A stretch of 64,000 nt of DNA from Spirochaetales bacterium (GTDB taxonomy: Bacteria; Spirochaetota; Spirochaetia; JABEVK01), in the NCBI GenBank assembly GCA_037142615.1, contig JBAXAI010000002.1:160001-224000 (forward strand), written 5' to 3'. Of this stretch, positions 1-9,036 are shown piece after piece. Numbering within the stretch: the stretch's first letter is position 1; each line of letters opens with the position of its first letter. Below the pieces are notes generated by a model. The model made no database searches. It saw only the letters and a program-made list of their open reading frames with translations, and was not told the DNA's origin. Both the position numbers and the translations under genes were made by a program.

Positions 1-1770
1 CGAGCCGCCGAAGAGGCCAAAAACAAGGCCGCCGCCACCGCCCGAGCCAACGACGCCGAAAAGCAGTTGGTGTCGTTGCGCCAGCAAGCCGAAGCCCAAA
101 AGCAGAAAGCCAGCGCCGCCAGCGCCACCGACGACCCGGCGGCGGTGATCGCCCGTGTGGCCGACCTCGATGCCAGCTTGAACGACATTGGGGCGCAGTT
201 CGCCGCCAGCCTCGACCGCCGGGTGGCCGAAGCCACCAAAGCTGCCGATGCTCGTGCAACCCTCATCGACACCTACGAAGAGGAGTTCTGGGAAAACGAC
301 CGCGAGTTTACCGACCGCAAGAACCAAGCCAAGGCGCTGGCCGCGCGCGACCGCGACAACGAGATCGCGGGTCTCAAGGCCAGCTTTGCGCAAGCGGCAA
401 CTGTGCAAACCGGCCCCCTGCAAAAACAGCGCGATGCCCTTGCCAGCAGCCTGACCACTCGCGACTGGCCCATCGCGGCCGCCAATTTGAGCGTGACCCG
501 CAGTGACTTCGACAAAGACAACAAGAGCTGGGACTTCACGATCACCTGCACCCAACCGGCCTTCACCCAAAAACTGACCTACAAACTGGTGTACAGCACC
601 TCCGACGAATTGAAGACCCTGGCCGTGGCCGCCGACAATGCGTGGAAGGCCGGAGCCTTCGCGGCGCAGGCCGTTTACTCGGTACGGCCGTCACCAGGCC
701 TCGCAGGCTACTTTCTGGCCAGCGTCAGCCGCCTCGACCTGGTCGATGTCACGAAGACTGGCAAAGACAAAAAACCGCTGGTGGTTGTCTCGGCCGCGGC
801 AGGGGTACCGCTGAGCTGGGTGGGAAAGGCTCCTGAGCCGGCGAGAGTGTTCATCACGGTGCCCAGAACCGCGTCCATTTGGCTTTCTGGCAACAAACTG
901 GCAGACCTCAGTCCGGGAATTGTCTCAGAATGGTCAATCAGTACGTTTGGGCGAGCTTCGCTGGAAGCCCGCTACACCAACGGCGACACCGAAACCTTGG
1001 GCGTCGTGCTGTCTCCCGGTGCGATCTTGCCAGCGAACTTCGTTCAGCGCGAAAAGCCGCTTCTCACTTGGGTCCGCATCCAAGGCGGCACCTTCCAGAT
1101 GGGCAGCACCAGCGGTGAAAACGACGAAATCCCCGTGCATTCGGTGACAGTGGGCAGTTTCAGCATGAGTGCTACCGAAGTCACCCAGGCCCAGTACCAA
1201 AAGGTGATGTTCACGAACCCCAGCCAGTTCAAGGGCGACAACCGACCCGTAGAGAAAGTGAGTTGGTTTGACGCGGTGGCCTTCTGCAACAAGCTCAGTG
1301 AACGTGAAAACCGGGCCCCGGCCTACATCATCAACGGGACGACCGTGACGCTCAACTCCGGCGCCAACGGCTACCGCTTGCCCACCGAGGCCGAGTGGGA
1401 GTTTGCCGCCCGGGGCGGCGTGCAGAGCGCGGGGTACACTTTGGCCGGGAGCGACAATCTTGACGTCGTCGCGTGGTACAGCGCCAACTCGGGTAGCCAG
1501 AGTTGGCCGGTGGGCACCAAAAAAGCCAACGAGTTGGGTTTGTTCGACATGAGCGGCAACGTGTGGGAATGGGTTTGGGATTGGTACGGGAGCTATACCG
1601 TAGGCAGCAAAAAGGATCCGACGGGCGCCTACTCGGGCTCGTCCCGGGTGATTCGGGGCGGTGGTTGGGGCTTCGACGCATGGAACGAGCGTTCGGCGTT
1701 TCGCAGCTACTACAGTCCCGACGGCAGATACGGCTACCTGGGCTTTCGTGTCCTTTCCCCCAGTTTCTGA
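1..1770 (+). CDS. Coiled-coil protein with C-terminal FGE-sulfatase (CLec-fold) domain; 5' partial; candidate DGR target
   Basis: Frame is open from base 1. Motifs GGTFQMGS, TEVTQAQY, PVEKVSWFDA, RLPTEAEWEFAARGG, NELGLFDMSGNVWEW and RVIRGGGW...GFR. Confidence 0.85.
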   Translation, partial: RAAEEAKNKAAATARANDAEKQLVSLRQQAEAQKQKASAASATDDPAAVIARVADLDASLNDIGAQFAASLDRRVAEATKAADARATLIDTYEEEFWENDREFTDRKNQAKALAARDRDNEIAGLKASFAQAATVQTGPLQKQRDALASSLTTRDWPIAAANLSVTRSDFDKDNKSWDFTITCTQPAFTQKLTYKLVYSTSDELKTLAVAADNAWKAGAFAAQAVYSVRPSPGLAGYFLASVSRLDLVDVTKTGKDKKPLVVVSAAAGVPLSWVGKAPEPARVFITVPRTASIWLSGNKLADLSPGIVSEWSISTFGRASLEARYTNGDTETLGVVLSPGAILPANFVQREKPLLTWVRIQGGTFQMGSTSGENDEIPVHSVTVGSFSMSATEVTQAQYQKVMFTNPSQFKGDNRPVEKVSWFDAVAFCNKLSERENRAPAYIINGTTVTLNSGANGYRLPTEAEWEFAARGGVQSAGYTLAGSDNLDVVAWYSANSGSQSWPVGTKKANELGLFDMSGNVWEWVWDWYGSYTVGSKKDPTGAYSGSSRVIRGGGWGFDAWNERSAFRSYYSPDGRYGYLGFRVLSPSF

Positions 1771-1905
1771 AAATGGCAGCTAGAGGGTGGGGCGGTCGGC
1801 CGGTGCCCCCCCCTCGAGAGGGCTTGGCGACGCACCTGCGGTGCTTACGCCTGGAGAATTGCGGGGCAATTCTCCACGGGCAGAAAAAGCAGTACCCCGC
1901 AGCAA

Positions 1906-1959
1906 GCCCGGCCACGCCGCGGCGCGGCTTGGGCCCGGCCACGCCGCAGCGCGGCTTAG
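1906..1959. repeat. 27-bp tandem duplication within a cluster of GC hairpins (1783-1876)
   Basis: gcccggccacgccgc(g/a)gcgcggctt(g/a)g occurs twice. Neighbouring hairpin is tggagaattgc-ggg-gcaattctcca. Confidence 0.8.
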
Positions 1960-2010
1960 GCCTCAGTTTCCGGGCAAAGCCCGAAAACTGTCCCACTCCT
2001 TGGAAATCTT

Positions 2011-2049
2011 CCCAAATCGCAAGCAAGACCACTCCAACCGCTGTCTTGT
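2011..2049 (+). repeat. 39-bp motif, copy A, ending in the -35 box of the hicB promoter
   Basis: 31/39 ungapped identity to 2506-2544. Runs into TTGTCA-N17-TATTAT (2046-2074). Confidence 0.8.
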
Positions 2050-2089
2050 CAGTTGCACAGTTGGGGGGTATTATTTGCGTGAGGATGAT

Positions 2090-2281
2090 ATGACACTGAA
2101 ATACGTGCATTGGCAGGAAAAGGAGCTCTTTTTGGGCTACTTGGAGGACTATCCGGATTATCCGACGCAAGGCACTTCGGAAGAAGAGCTCCGAGAAAAT
2201 CTTCTTGATATTTACTCCGATATTGCCGGTGGGCTTGTCGAAAACGTTCGCCGAGTCGATACACTGGTGGTTCCCGTCTGA
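2090..2281 (+). CDS. hicB: HicB-family antitoxin (short form)
   Basis: MTLKYVHWQEKELFLGYLEDYPDYPTQGTSEEELRENLLD matches the HicB TQG-x(4)-EL-x-ENL pattern. SD GAGG; start moved from 1787. Confidence 0.8.
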   Translation: MTLKYVHWQEKELFLGYLEDYPDYPTQGTSEEELRENLLDIYSDIAGGLVENVRRVDTLVVPV

Positions 2282-2456
2282 AAAGGGCCGAGTTAATCAA
2301 GCGAATGCTCCGGAAGGTGCGGTTTTCGTTCGGCATGGGGGCAAACACGACTGGTATCGCAATCCCTTGACGGGAATCCAACAAGCGGTTCCACGTCACC
2401 GTGAGATAAGTGAGTTCCTTTCACGTTCCATTCTTCGGGCTCTCAGTCGACCTTGA
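2278..2456 (+). pseudogene. hicA: HicA-family toxin, frameshifted, CTG at the expected start
   Basis: N-terminus (L)KRAELIKRML is in one frame; EGAVFVRHGGKHDWYRNPLTGIQQAVPRHREI is in another. Confidence 0.75.
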
Positions 2457-2505
2457 GCTTTGGTGCTTACGTCCTGGCCCTCGCACTCGCCCCAAAAATA
2501 GTTCA

Positions 2506-2544
2506 CCCAAACCGCAAGCAAACCACCTTCTATCGCTGTCTTGT
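2506..2544 (+). repeat. 39-bp motif, copy B, ending in a -35 box
   Basis: Matches 2011-2049. Runs into TTGTAA-N17-TATCCT (2541-2569), with inverted repeat ggcaagg/ccttgcc (2547-2573). Confidence 0.8.
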
Positions 2545-2573
2545 AAGGCAAGGGTTGCGGAGGTATCCTTGCC

Positions 2574-2759
2574 ATGGGAAACAAGTCGCTCAAGAAACGG
2601 ATTTCCAGTCTCGTATTGAGGATTGCTGAACACGAAGATAAAATCCGGCTTGAAATGCTCAAGGAAGAGCCCGACTGGGGAAGTATCAATCACTGGGGTT
2701 CTGAAATCCGGGCCTTCACCGGAAATCGGACCATCGCACTCAGGAGGTTACGAAAATGA
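2574..2759 (+). CDS. Small basic hypothetical protein (61 aa)
   Basis: Promoter and GGAGG upstream; ATGA overlap with the next ORF. Confidence 0.7.
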   Translation: MGNKSLKKRISSLVLRIAEHEDKIRLEMLKEEPDWGSINHWGSEIRAFTGNRTIALRRLRK

Positions 2760-2968
2760 TTCTAGAAGCGGGAACCCTCGAGGTTCTTCTCGATGAGCTG
2801 GCCGAGGCCTGCGTCAAGACGGCGAACACGGTCGAGGCCCTCAAAAAGCCCGGGCTCACCGAAGACGAAATCGACGATCAACGCGCCGATTTATACGTCC
2901 TGCTGGTTCTGCTCGAGGTCAAAGCCCGGATGCTCAAGGAAGACCTGGACGACCTCGAAGGGATCTGA
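2756..2968 (+). CDS. Small acidic helical hypothetical protein (70 aa)
   Basis: SD AGGAGG; coupled to the upstream ORF; host-like codon usage. Confidence 0.75.
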   Translation: MILEAGTLEVLLDELAEACVKTANTVEALKKPGLTEDEIDDQRADLYVLLVLLEVKARMLKEDLDDLEGI

Positions 2969-3075
2969 CTCAGCCCTGACCCCGCCCAAGAAAATTGCGA
3001 GAGAAGGAAGATTTTCTGTAGAGGATTCTTCCCCAAACTCCGTGCTTTCGTTCACAATAGTTGCAGGAGCACGGA

Positions 3076-3870
3076 ATGAAAGACAAGATCAATGTCGTGG
3101 TTTGGAACGAGTTTGTGCACGAGAAGGAACACGAGGCGGTTCGGGCGGTTTACCCCGACGGCATCCATCAGGCCATTGCGGGTTTCCTAAGGACCGACGC
3201 CACGCTGAACGTCGAAACCGCCACCCTCGACCAGCCGGAACATGGCCTGACCGAAGAACGCCTGGCCCGCACCGACGTGCTGCTCTGGTGGGGCCACATG
3301 GCCCACGACAAGGTCAGCGATGCCATCGTCGACCGCGTGCAGCGCCGCGTGCTCGAGGGCATGGGGCTGATCGTGCTCCACTCCGCCCACTATTCCAAAA
3401 TCTTCCGGCGAATGCTGGGCACCACCTGCTCGCTCAAGTGGCGCGAGGCCGAAGAGCTCGAGCGCCTGTGGGTGGTTGAGCCGTCGCACCCCATCGCCGC
3501 CGGGCTCGACCAGTATTTCGAGCTCCCCTACGAAGAGATGTACGGCGAGCGCTTCGATATTCCGGCTCCCGACGAGTTGGTTCTCGTCAGTTGGTTCGAA
3601 GGCGGTGAGGTGTTCCGCTCGGGTTGCTGCTGGACGCGTGGTCACGGGCGCATTTTCTACTTCCGCCCCGGGCACGAAACCTACCCCACGTACCACAACG
3701 AGAATGTCCAGAAGGTGATCCGCAACGGCGTGCGCTGGGCCGCCCCGAGGGTCAACATTCTGGGCGTGGAGTCGAGCCCCAACATCACCGTTCCCCTCAG
3801 TCCCATCGCCCCAAAAAACGTACACATCGCCAAGGCAGGCGTAGTTCAGCATGGAGGAAAAAACCAATGA
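3076..3870 (+). CDS. thuA: ThuA trehalose utilization domain protein
   Basis: [49 protein letters not shown]. Confidence 0.9.
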   Translation: MKDKINVVVWNEFVHEKEHEAVRAVYPDGIHQAIAGFLRTDATLNVETATLDQPEHGLTEERLARTDVLLWWGHMAHDKVSDAIVDRVQRRVLEGMGLIVLHSAHYSKIFRRMLGTTCSLKWREAEELERLWVVEPSHPIAAGLDQYFELPYEEMYGERFDIPAPDELVLVSWFEGGEVFRSGCCWTRGHGRIFYFRPGHETYPTYHNENVQKVIRNGVRWAAPRVNILGVESSPNITVPLSPIAPKNVHIAKAGVVQHGGKNQ

Positions 3871-4952
3871 GCATCCGCAAACCCAAGATCGGCATCATAG
3901 GCTGCGGCGGCATCGCGCAGCAAAAGCATCTGCCCGCACTTGCGGCCCTGAGCGACAAGTGCGAACTGGTCGCGTTTTGTGACGCCACCGAAGAGCGGGC
4001 CGTGAAGTCGGCCAAGCAGTATGGAGTCCCGGGTGCCGTGGTGTACACCGACTTCAAAAAGTTGCTGGCCGACGGTGCCATCGACGCGGTGCACGTGCTC
4101 ACGCCCAACAACTCCCACGCGCCCACCACCATCGCAGCTCTGCAAGCCGGCAAACACGTGTTGGTCGAAAAGCCCATGGCTGCCACCTCGGCCGATGCTC
4201 TGGCCATGGTTGAGGCCGCCGAAAAGGCCGGCAAAAAACTCACCGTCGGCTACCAGAACCGTCTGCGCGCCGACAGTCAGACCCTCAAGGCTGCCTGCCT
4301 GTCGGGCCAGCTGGGCGACATTTACTTTGCCAAGGCCCACGCCATCCGCCGCAAGGCCGTTCCCACCTGGGGCGTGTTTCAAGACAAGGCTCAGCAGGGT
4401 GGGGGACCGCTGATCGACATCGGCACCCACGCGCTCGACCTCACGCTGTGGACCATGGACAACTGGAAACCCCGGGTGGTGACCGGTTCGGTGTACGCCA
4501 AGCTCACCGAACACACTGAAGGAAACGCGTGGGGTCCCTGGGACCCCCAGAAGTACGAGGTGGAAGACTCGGCTTTCGGCTTCATCCAGATGGAGAACGG
4601 CGCCACCGTGTACCTCGAAGCCTCCTGGATCCTCAACATCATCAACCCCCGCGAGGCCGCGACCACGCTCTGCGGCACCAAGGGTGGGGCCGAAATGTTT
4701 GCCGGCGAAAAGCTGGTGTTCAACCGGGCGGCGCACGGCGCCCTGCTCGAAGAGACGATTTCAGTGGGAAGCGGACCCGCCTACTTTGAGGGCAAGTCGA
4801 TGAGCCCCGCCGATGTCGAGGCCCGGGGTTGGCTGGCCAGCTTGATCGAAGACAAGCCTGTGCTCGTCGAACCCCGCCAGGCGCTGGTGACCACACAGAT
4901 CCTCGAGGCCATCTACACGTCGGCCAAGTCCGGCAAGGCGGTTTACTTGTGA
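3867..4952 (+). CDS. Gfo/Idh/MocA oxidoreductase
   Basis: [32 protein letters not shown]; ATGA overlap with thuA. Confidence 0.9.
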   Translation: MSIRKPKIGIIGCGGIAQQKHLPALAALSDKCELVAFCDATEERAVKSAKQYGVPGAVVYTDFKKLLADGAIDAVHVLTPNNSHAPTTIAALQAGKHVLVEKPMAATSADALAMVEAAEKAGKKLTVGYQNRLRADSQTLKAACLSGQLGDIYFAKAHAIRRKAVPTWGVFQDKAQQGGGPLIDIGTHALDLTLWTMDNWKPRVVTGSVYAKLTEHTEGNAWGPWDPQKYEVEDSAFGFIQMENGATVYLEASWILNIINPREAATTLCGTKGGAEMFAGEKLVFNRAAHGALLEETISVGSGPAYFEGKSMSPADVEARGWLASLIEDKPVLVEPRQALVTTQILEAIYTSAKSGKAVYL

Positions 4953-5055
4953 ACCTTGGCTGAAGCTGGCCCTCGTCGGCCTGGGTCACACAGGCCCAGC
5001 CTATAAACTTGACATAAATACTCAGGTACGCGAAGCTATGGGGCGAGGTGCGACC

Positions 5056-6780
5056 ATGAAGATGACGTTGCGACTGGTCCTGATTTTTGGCATTTTGATG
5101 TTGGGAGTCGTTGGTACTTTGGCCCCGTTGCTGATGTACAACAGCTACACCGTCATGGTCAGCGCGGGTGAGGAACACGCCCGCTACATCCTGAAGTCCT
5201 TCGAGTCCCAGTTATTCGTGGCGGACGACAACATCGACGATGCATCGGTACAGGCCAGGATCGACGCTCTCACACGGGTGATCCCCGACGCCGTCGAACT
5301 GAACATTTATCGGATTGCGGCGGGCGGCAAGGCCATTGCCTCAAGCGACCGAGCCAATGTCGGCAAAGAGGCCGATCCCGAAGATCTTCTGGCCGCCGAA
5401 AAGGACCAGACTGTCGTGCTGTATTCCCGAGAGAACGGCGAGTTCCTCGTCGATGTGACGGCCCCGTTGCATTCGAAGGTCGGCATTCCTTTTGCCATGG
5501 GACTTACCCTCAACCTCAAAGACGACGAGGCCGCGCTGGTTGGCTTCTTCCTCGGTTCGAGCCTCCTCGCGGTCGCGTTGCTCCTGGTCAGTTTGCTGGT
5601 CACGCTCGCGGTTTCGCGGTCCATCGTCAGGCCCTTGAAGCAGATCGGCAGCAGCCTGCGCGACATGGCCGATTCGGAGGACTTGCGTTACCGGTTCAAT
5701 CTGAGGCGAAAAGACGAAATCGGCGAACTTTCGCTGGCCTTTGACGGCTTCCTCGACAAGTTTGCCACCCTTGTTCAGGGCATCAAGGCCTCCGAAGCCG
5801 AACTCTCGAGCGTCGCCCAGACTCTTGGTGAACACACGGTACGCACTGAGTCGTCGATCCGCGAGCTACTGGCTGGCCTGGATGGACTTCGGGGCCAGGC
5901 CCATGAGCTCGAGGACAGCACCGCCAAGTCGTCGGCTGCGGTCGAGAACTCGACGCAAAGCATCGGGGCTCTGGACGAAGTCATCGGTGGTCAGTCGAAC
6001 TTGGTTTCGGAGGCCAGTGCCTCGATCGAGCAGGTGATGGGCAACATTGCCTCGGTCACCGGCCTAACCGAAAAGATGGCGGGCCAGTTCGAGGTGGTCG
6101 TGCGGGCTTCATCCCACGGCAAGCAAGTGCAAAACGCGACCGCCCAACTGATCACCGACATTTCGCAGCACTCCGATTCGCTGATGGACGCCAACACGGC
6201 CATCGCTACCATCGCCAGTCAAACAAATCTGTTGGCCATGAACGCAGCCATCGAAGCTGCACACGCCGGCGAGGCCGGGAGAGGTTTCTCGGTGGTCGCT
6301 GACGAAATCCGCAAACTTGCCGAAAACGCCTCGACCCAATCGCAGGTGATCCGCAAGGACATTTCTTCGGTGCAAAAGTCCATCGGCGCCGTGGTGGCTT
6401 CGTCGAACGAGCTGGGGGTCGCCTTTGACCAGGTGGAGTCGCGCATTGTCGAAACCGGTGAAATCGTCAACACCGTCAAGAATGCCATGAAAGAACAGGA
6501 CGACGGTTCGCGACAAATCCTTCACGTGTTGGAACGCCTCAACACCGTCACCGACTCAGTACGGCAGGCGGCCACGATTCTGACTCAGGGGAACCAGACC
6601 TTGCGGGCGCAGATCGAACGGGTCCAGTCGAACACGGTGGCGATCGCCTCCGGAGTCGGAGACTCGGCCGATGGCGTCGCCGAGTTTTCTGCTTCGGTGC
6701 ACGAGGTCTCTACCAGTGCCGCCAAGGTCCGTTCGACGCTACAGGGCATCGAGACGTCGCTGGGCAAGCTGCAGGTTTAG
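5056..6780 (+). CDS. Methyl-accepting chemotaxis protein (2 TM, HAMP)
   Basis: KDEIGEL HAMP motif; [38 protein letters not shown]. Confidence 0.95.
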   Translation: MKMTLRLVLIFGILMLGVVGTLAPLLMYNSYTVMVSAGEEHARYILKSFESQLFVADDNIDDASVQARIDALTRVIPDAVELNIYRIAAGGKAIASSDRANVGKEADPEDLLAAEKDQTVVLYSRENGEFLVDVTAPLHSKVGIPFAMGLTLNLKDDEAALVGFFLGSSLLAVALLLVSLLVTLAVSRSIVRPLKQIGSSLRDMADSEDLRYRFNLRRKDEIGELSLAFDGFLDKFATLVQGIKASEAELSSVAQTLGEHTVRTESSIRELLAGLDGLRGQAHELEDSTAKSSAAVENSTQSIGALDEVIGGQSNLVSEASASIEQVMGNIASVTGLTEKMAGQFEVVVRASSHGKQVQNATAQLITDISQHSDSLMDANTAIATIASQTNLLAMNAAIEAAHAGEAGRGFSVVADEIRKLAENASTQSQVIRKDISSVQKSIGAVVASSNELGVAFDQVESRIVETGEIVNTVKNAMKEQDDGSRQILHVLERLNTVTDSVRQAATILTQGNQTLRAQIERVQSNTVAIASGVGDSADGVAEFSASVHEVSTSAAKVRSTLQGIETSLGKLQV

Positions 6781-6860
6781 GTTGTCTGCTGACCTCGCGC
6801 CTGGGCGAAAGTTTGGGAACGGTTACCAACGACAAAGCCGAAGAGCTGCGCCGCGTGATT

Positions 6861-7110
6861 CTAGTTGAACCCTCGGCTCCCCGAAGGGACCCGGACGAAG
6901 ATTCCCCGCTGACAAGCCTGTTCAGGTCTCTTTCGGCCGTGTCGTGGGAGCAGTTGCAGAGCTTTGCCCACTTGCTTGTCGTCAGGTGACCCTCGAAGCC
7001 GTCGATCCAGGGGGACGGCTTCCGGAGGTGGAGCCTCAAAATGGATAATTTCTTTGTCCAGTCTTCCCGAGATCACCTGCCTCTCGTCTGCGGAGTCTAC
7101 ACCACGCACA
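6861..7110 (-). pseudogene. Fic-family (DUF4172-type) remnant with the catalytic core deleted
   Basis: QVISGRLDKEIIHFEAPPPEAVP is joined out of frame to C-terminal DGFEGHLTTSKWAKLCNCSHDTAERDL. No HPFxDGNGR motif. Confidence 0.7.
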
Positions 7111-7151
7111 CCGGCCCGGACTTCCGTCGATCCTTATAAGCACAGCCGACC

Positions 7152-7186
7152 TTGACAAGTTAGCCTCGTGTGCTTACTGTACTTAC
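7152..7186 (+). promoter_or_regulatory. sigma70 promoter of mazEF, probably leaderless
   Basis: TTGACA-N17-TACTGT-N6-ATG; no SD. Confidence 0.65.
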
Positions 7187-7441
7187 ATGACAGCTCACCT
7201 TGTCCGCATCGGTAACTCCCGTGGAGTCCGGATTCCCCAGAAAACGCTCCAACTCTATGGCATGGCGGAGGGCGCCGAGTTGGAGCTCGAGGAGCGTCAG
7301 GAGGGTATCTTGATTCGTCTCGTGGTGTCGGCAGCGAAGGTGAGTTGGAGCCAGGCCTACGAAGAAATGGCCGAGGCAGTGGCCGAACGGGCCGAGTGGA
7401 GTGAATGGGATGCCTTGGCCGGAGATGGACATGCCGATTGA
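7187..7441 (+). CDS. mazE: AbrB/MazE antitoxin
   Basis: LVRIGNSRGVRIP N-terminal swapped-hairpin motif. Confidence 0.9.
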   Translation: MTAHLVRIGNSRGVRIPQKTLQLYGMAEGAELELEERQEGILIRLVVSAAKVSWSQAYEEMAEAVAERAEWSEWDALAGDGHAD

Positions 7442-7766
7442 GCGCTACGGGGTCTATTGGGTGAATCTTGACCCCGTGCAGGGTCATGAAATCGCCAAGA
7501 CGCGGCCAGCCGTCGTGGTAAGCGACGACGCCATGAACCGCCTGCTATCCACGGTGGTGGTGTGCCCGCTCACCTCGCGGCTGCATCCCCACTGGCCCTG
7601 TCGGGTGCAAGCCGATGTGGCCGGTCAACCCGGCGAGATTGCCGTGGACCAGATCCGCACCATAGACCGCTCGCGGTTAGGCAACAGCCTGGGGATCATC
7701 GCCCCCGAGAAAGCCGAGGAACTTCGCCATGTGATCACGCTGATGTACGGGGTGTTGGCGGGGTAG
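7431..7766 (+). CDS. mazF: PemK/MazF endoribonuclease toxin
   Basis: VNLDPVQGHEIAKTRPAVVVS, VVVCPLTS, DQIRTIDRSRL. Confidence 0.92.
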   Translation: MPIERYGVYWVNLDPVQGHEIAKTRPAVVVSDDAMNRLLSTVVVCPLTSRLHPHWPCRVQADVAGQPGEIAVDQIRTIDRSRLGNSLGIIAPEKAEELRHVITLMYGVLAG

Positions 7767-7794
7767 GTTAGGCCCCATCGTCCCATAATTGCGT

Positions 7795-8027
7795 GAGGCG
7801 GACGAAGGGTGGCCGAAGGCCAGTTCCTTTTGGCTCCGCCAAAAGAACGGAACCCCGAAGGAGGCCGGCCGCCTAGTCGCGGAACTTCTCGGGCAGCGAA
7901 GAGTGGGACGCCGGAGGGGAGGGGGTCGAACGATCCCGCAGGCTACTGCCGAGGACTAGTGAGCGCCCCCTCCCCTCCGAAGCTGGGGCCCGCTCTTCGC
8001 TGCCCGAGCGGTGTTTGCACGCTAGGC
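7795..8027. repeat. Long nested inverted-repeat element (MITE/REP-like)
   Basis: 20-bp arms 7888-7907/7989-8008 (one G-U), 14-bp arms 7912-7925/7966-7979, outer gcctag/ctaggc. Confidence 0.65.
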
Positions 8028-8075
8028 AGTCACGCCCTTTTCAGAGGCTCCGGTTTCTGCTATTTTGACACCCCT

Positions 8076-9011
8076 ATGAGCCTCGAAGTTTTTGTTCTGG
8101 GTACCGGCGGTACCATGCCTTTGCCTCACCGACACCTCACTTCGGCTCTGGTGCGCCGCGACGGCGATTTGTTCCTTTTTGACTGCGGCGAGGGCACCCA
8201 GGTGTCGCTCAAGCGCATGAACCTGCGCTGGAAGAAGATCAACGCGATTTTCATCAGCCACACCCACGCCGACCACATCACGGGGCTGCCGGGCATGCTC
8301 ATGCTTTCGAGCCAGGTCGACCGCACCGAACCGCTGTACCTCATCGGCCCGGCCAAAGTCAAAGAGTTTTTTGACGCCAGCCGGCGCACCCTCGAGATGT
8401 TTCTCAACTACGAAATAATCGTGCAGGAAATTCGTAACCCCGAGGAACCTCAGGTGGTTTATACCGGCGACGGGTACAAGGTCCGTTCGTTCCCGCTCAA
8501 CCACAGCCGGGTCTGCGTTGGCTACACGCTCGAGGAAGACATCCGCCCCGGGATTTTCCATCCCGAGAAGGTGAAGGAACTCGGGGTGCCCATGGGTCCG
8601 CTGTGGAGCAAGCTTCAGGCCGGCGAAAGCGTGCAGACGCCCGACGGCCGGACGGTGACGAGCGCCGAAGTGCTTGGCGGTGCCCGCGAAGGGTGCAAGT
8701 TCAGCTACGTCACCGACACGGCGCCTCACCCGGGCATCAGCCGCGAAGTGGCCGGCTCGGACCTGCTTTTGTGCGAGGGTATGTTCACCCGGGATCTGGA
8801 GGCCAGCGCGCGCGAAAAACGCCACCTGACCAGCACCCAGGCGGGCGAGATTGCGAAGGCTGCCGGCGTGCGCGAGATGGGCTTGTTCCACTACTCGCCG
8901 CGCTGCAACGAAAAGGAACTCAAGCGTCTGTTGACCGAGGCGCGGGAAGTTTTCCCGCAGACCTTTCTGTCGAGAGACGGCCAGACGATAGAAATTCCCA
9001 ACCGGGAGTAA
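8076..9011 (+). CDS. rnz: Ribonuclease Z
   Basis: LGTGGTMP, FDCGEGTQ, SHTHADHITG, YVTDT, HYSPR. Confidence 0.93.
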   Translation: MSLEVFVLGTGGTMPLPHRHLTSALVRRDGDLFLFDCGEGTQVSLKRMNLRWKKINAIFISHTHADHITGLPGMLMLSSQVDRTEPLYLIGPAKVKEFFDASRRTLEMFLNYEIIVQEIRNPEEPQVVYTGDGYKVRSFPLNHSRVCVGYTLEEDIRPGIFHPEKVKELGVPMGPLWSKLQAGESVQTPDGRTVTSAEVLGGAREGCKFSYVTDTAPHPGISREVAGSDLLLCEGMFTRDLEASAREKRHLTSTQAGEIAKAAGVREMGLFHYSPRCNEKELKRLLTEAREVFPQTFLSRDGQTIEIPNRE

Positions 9012-9036
9012 CTTCCGGCGGGGCGAGAGGGAAAAC

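Noticed and set aside
1787-2089. N-terminal extension of the 164-aa ORF
   Set aside because: It runs through hairpins and repeats; HicB similarity, promoter and SD point to the ATG at 2090.
1771-3075. DGR template repeat or reverse transcriptase next to the FGE gene
   Set aside because: No AAC-rich copy of the variable region and no RT-like ORF seen by eye in the window.
7809-8075. Extended N-terminus of RNase Z
   Set aside because: It translates a palindromic element; family similarity begins at 8076.
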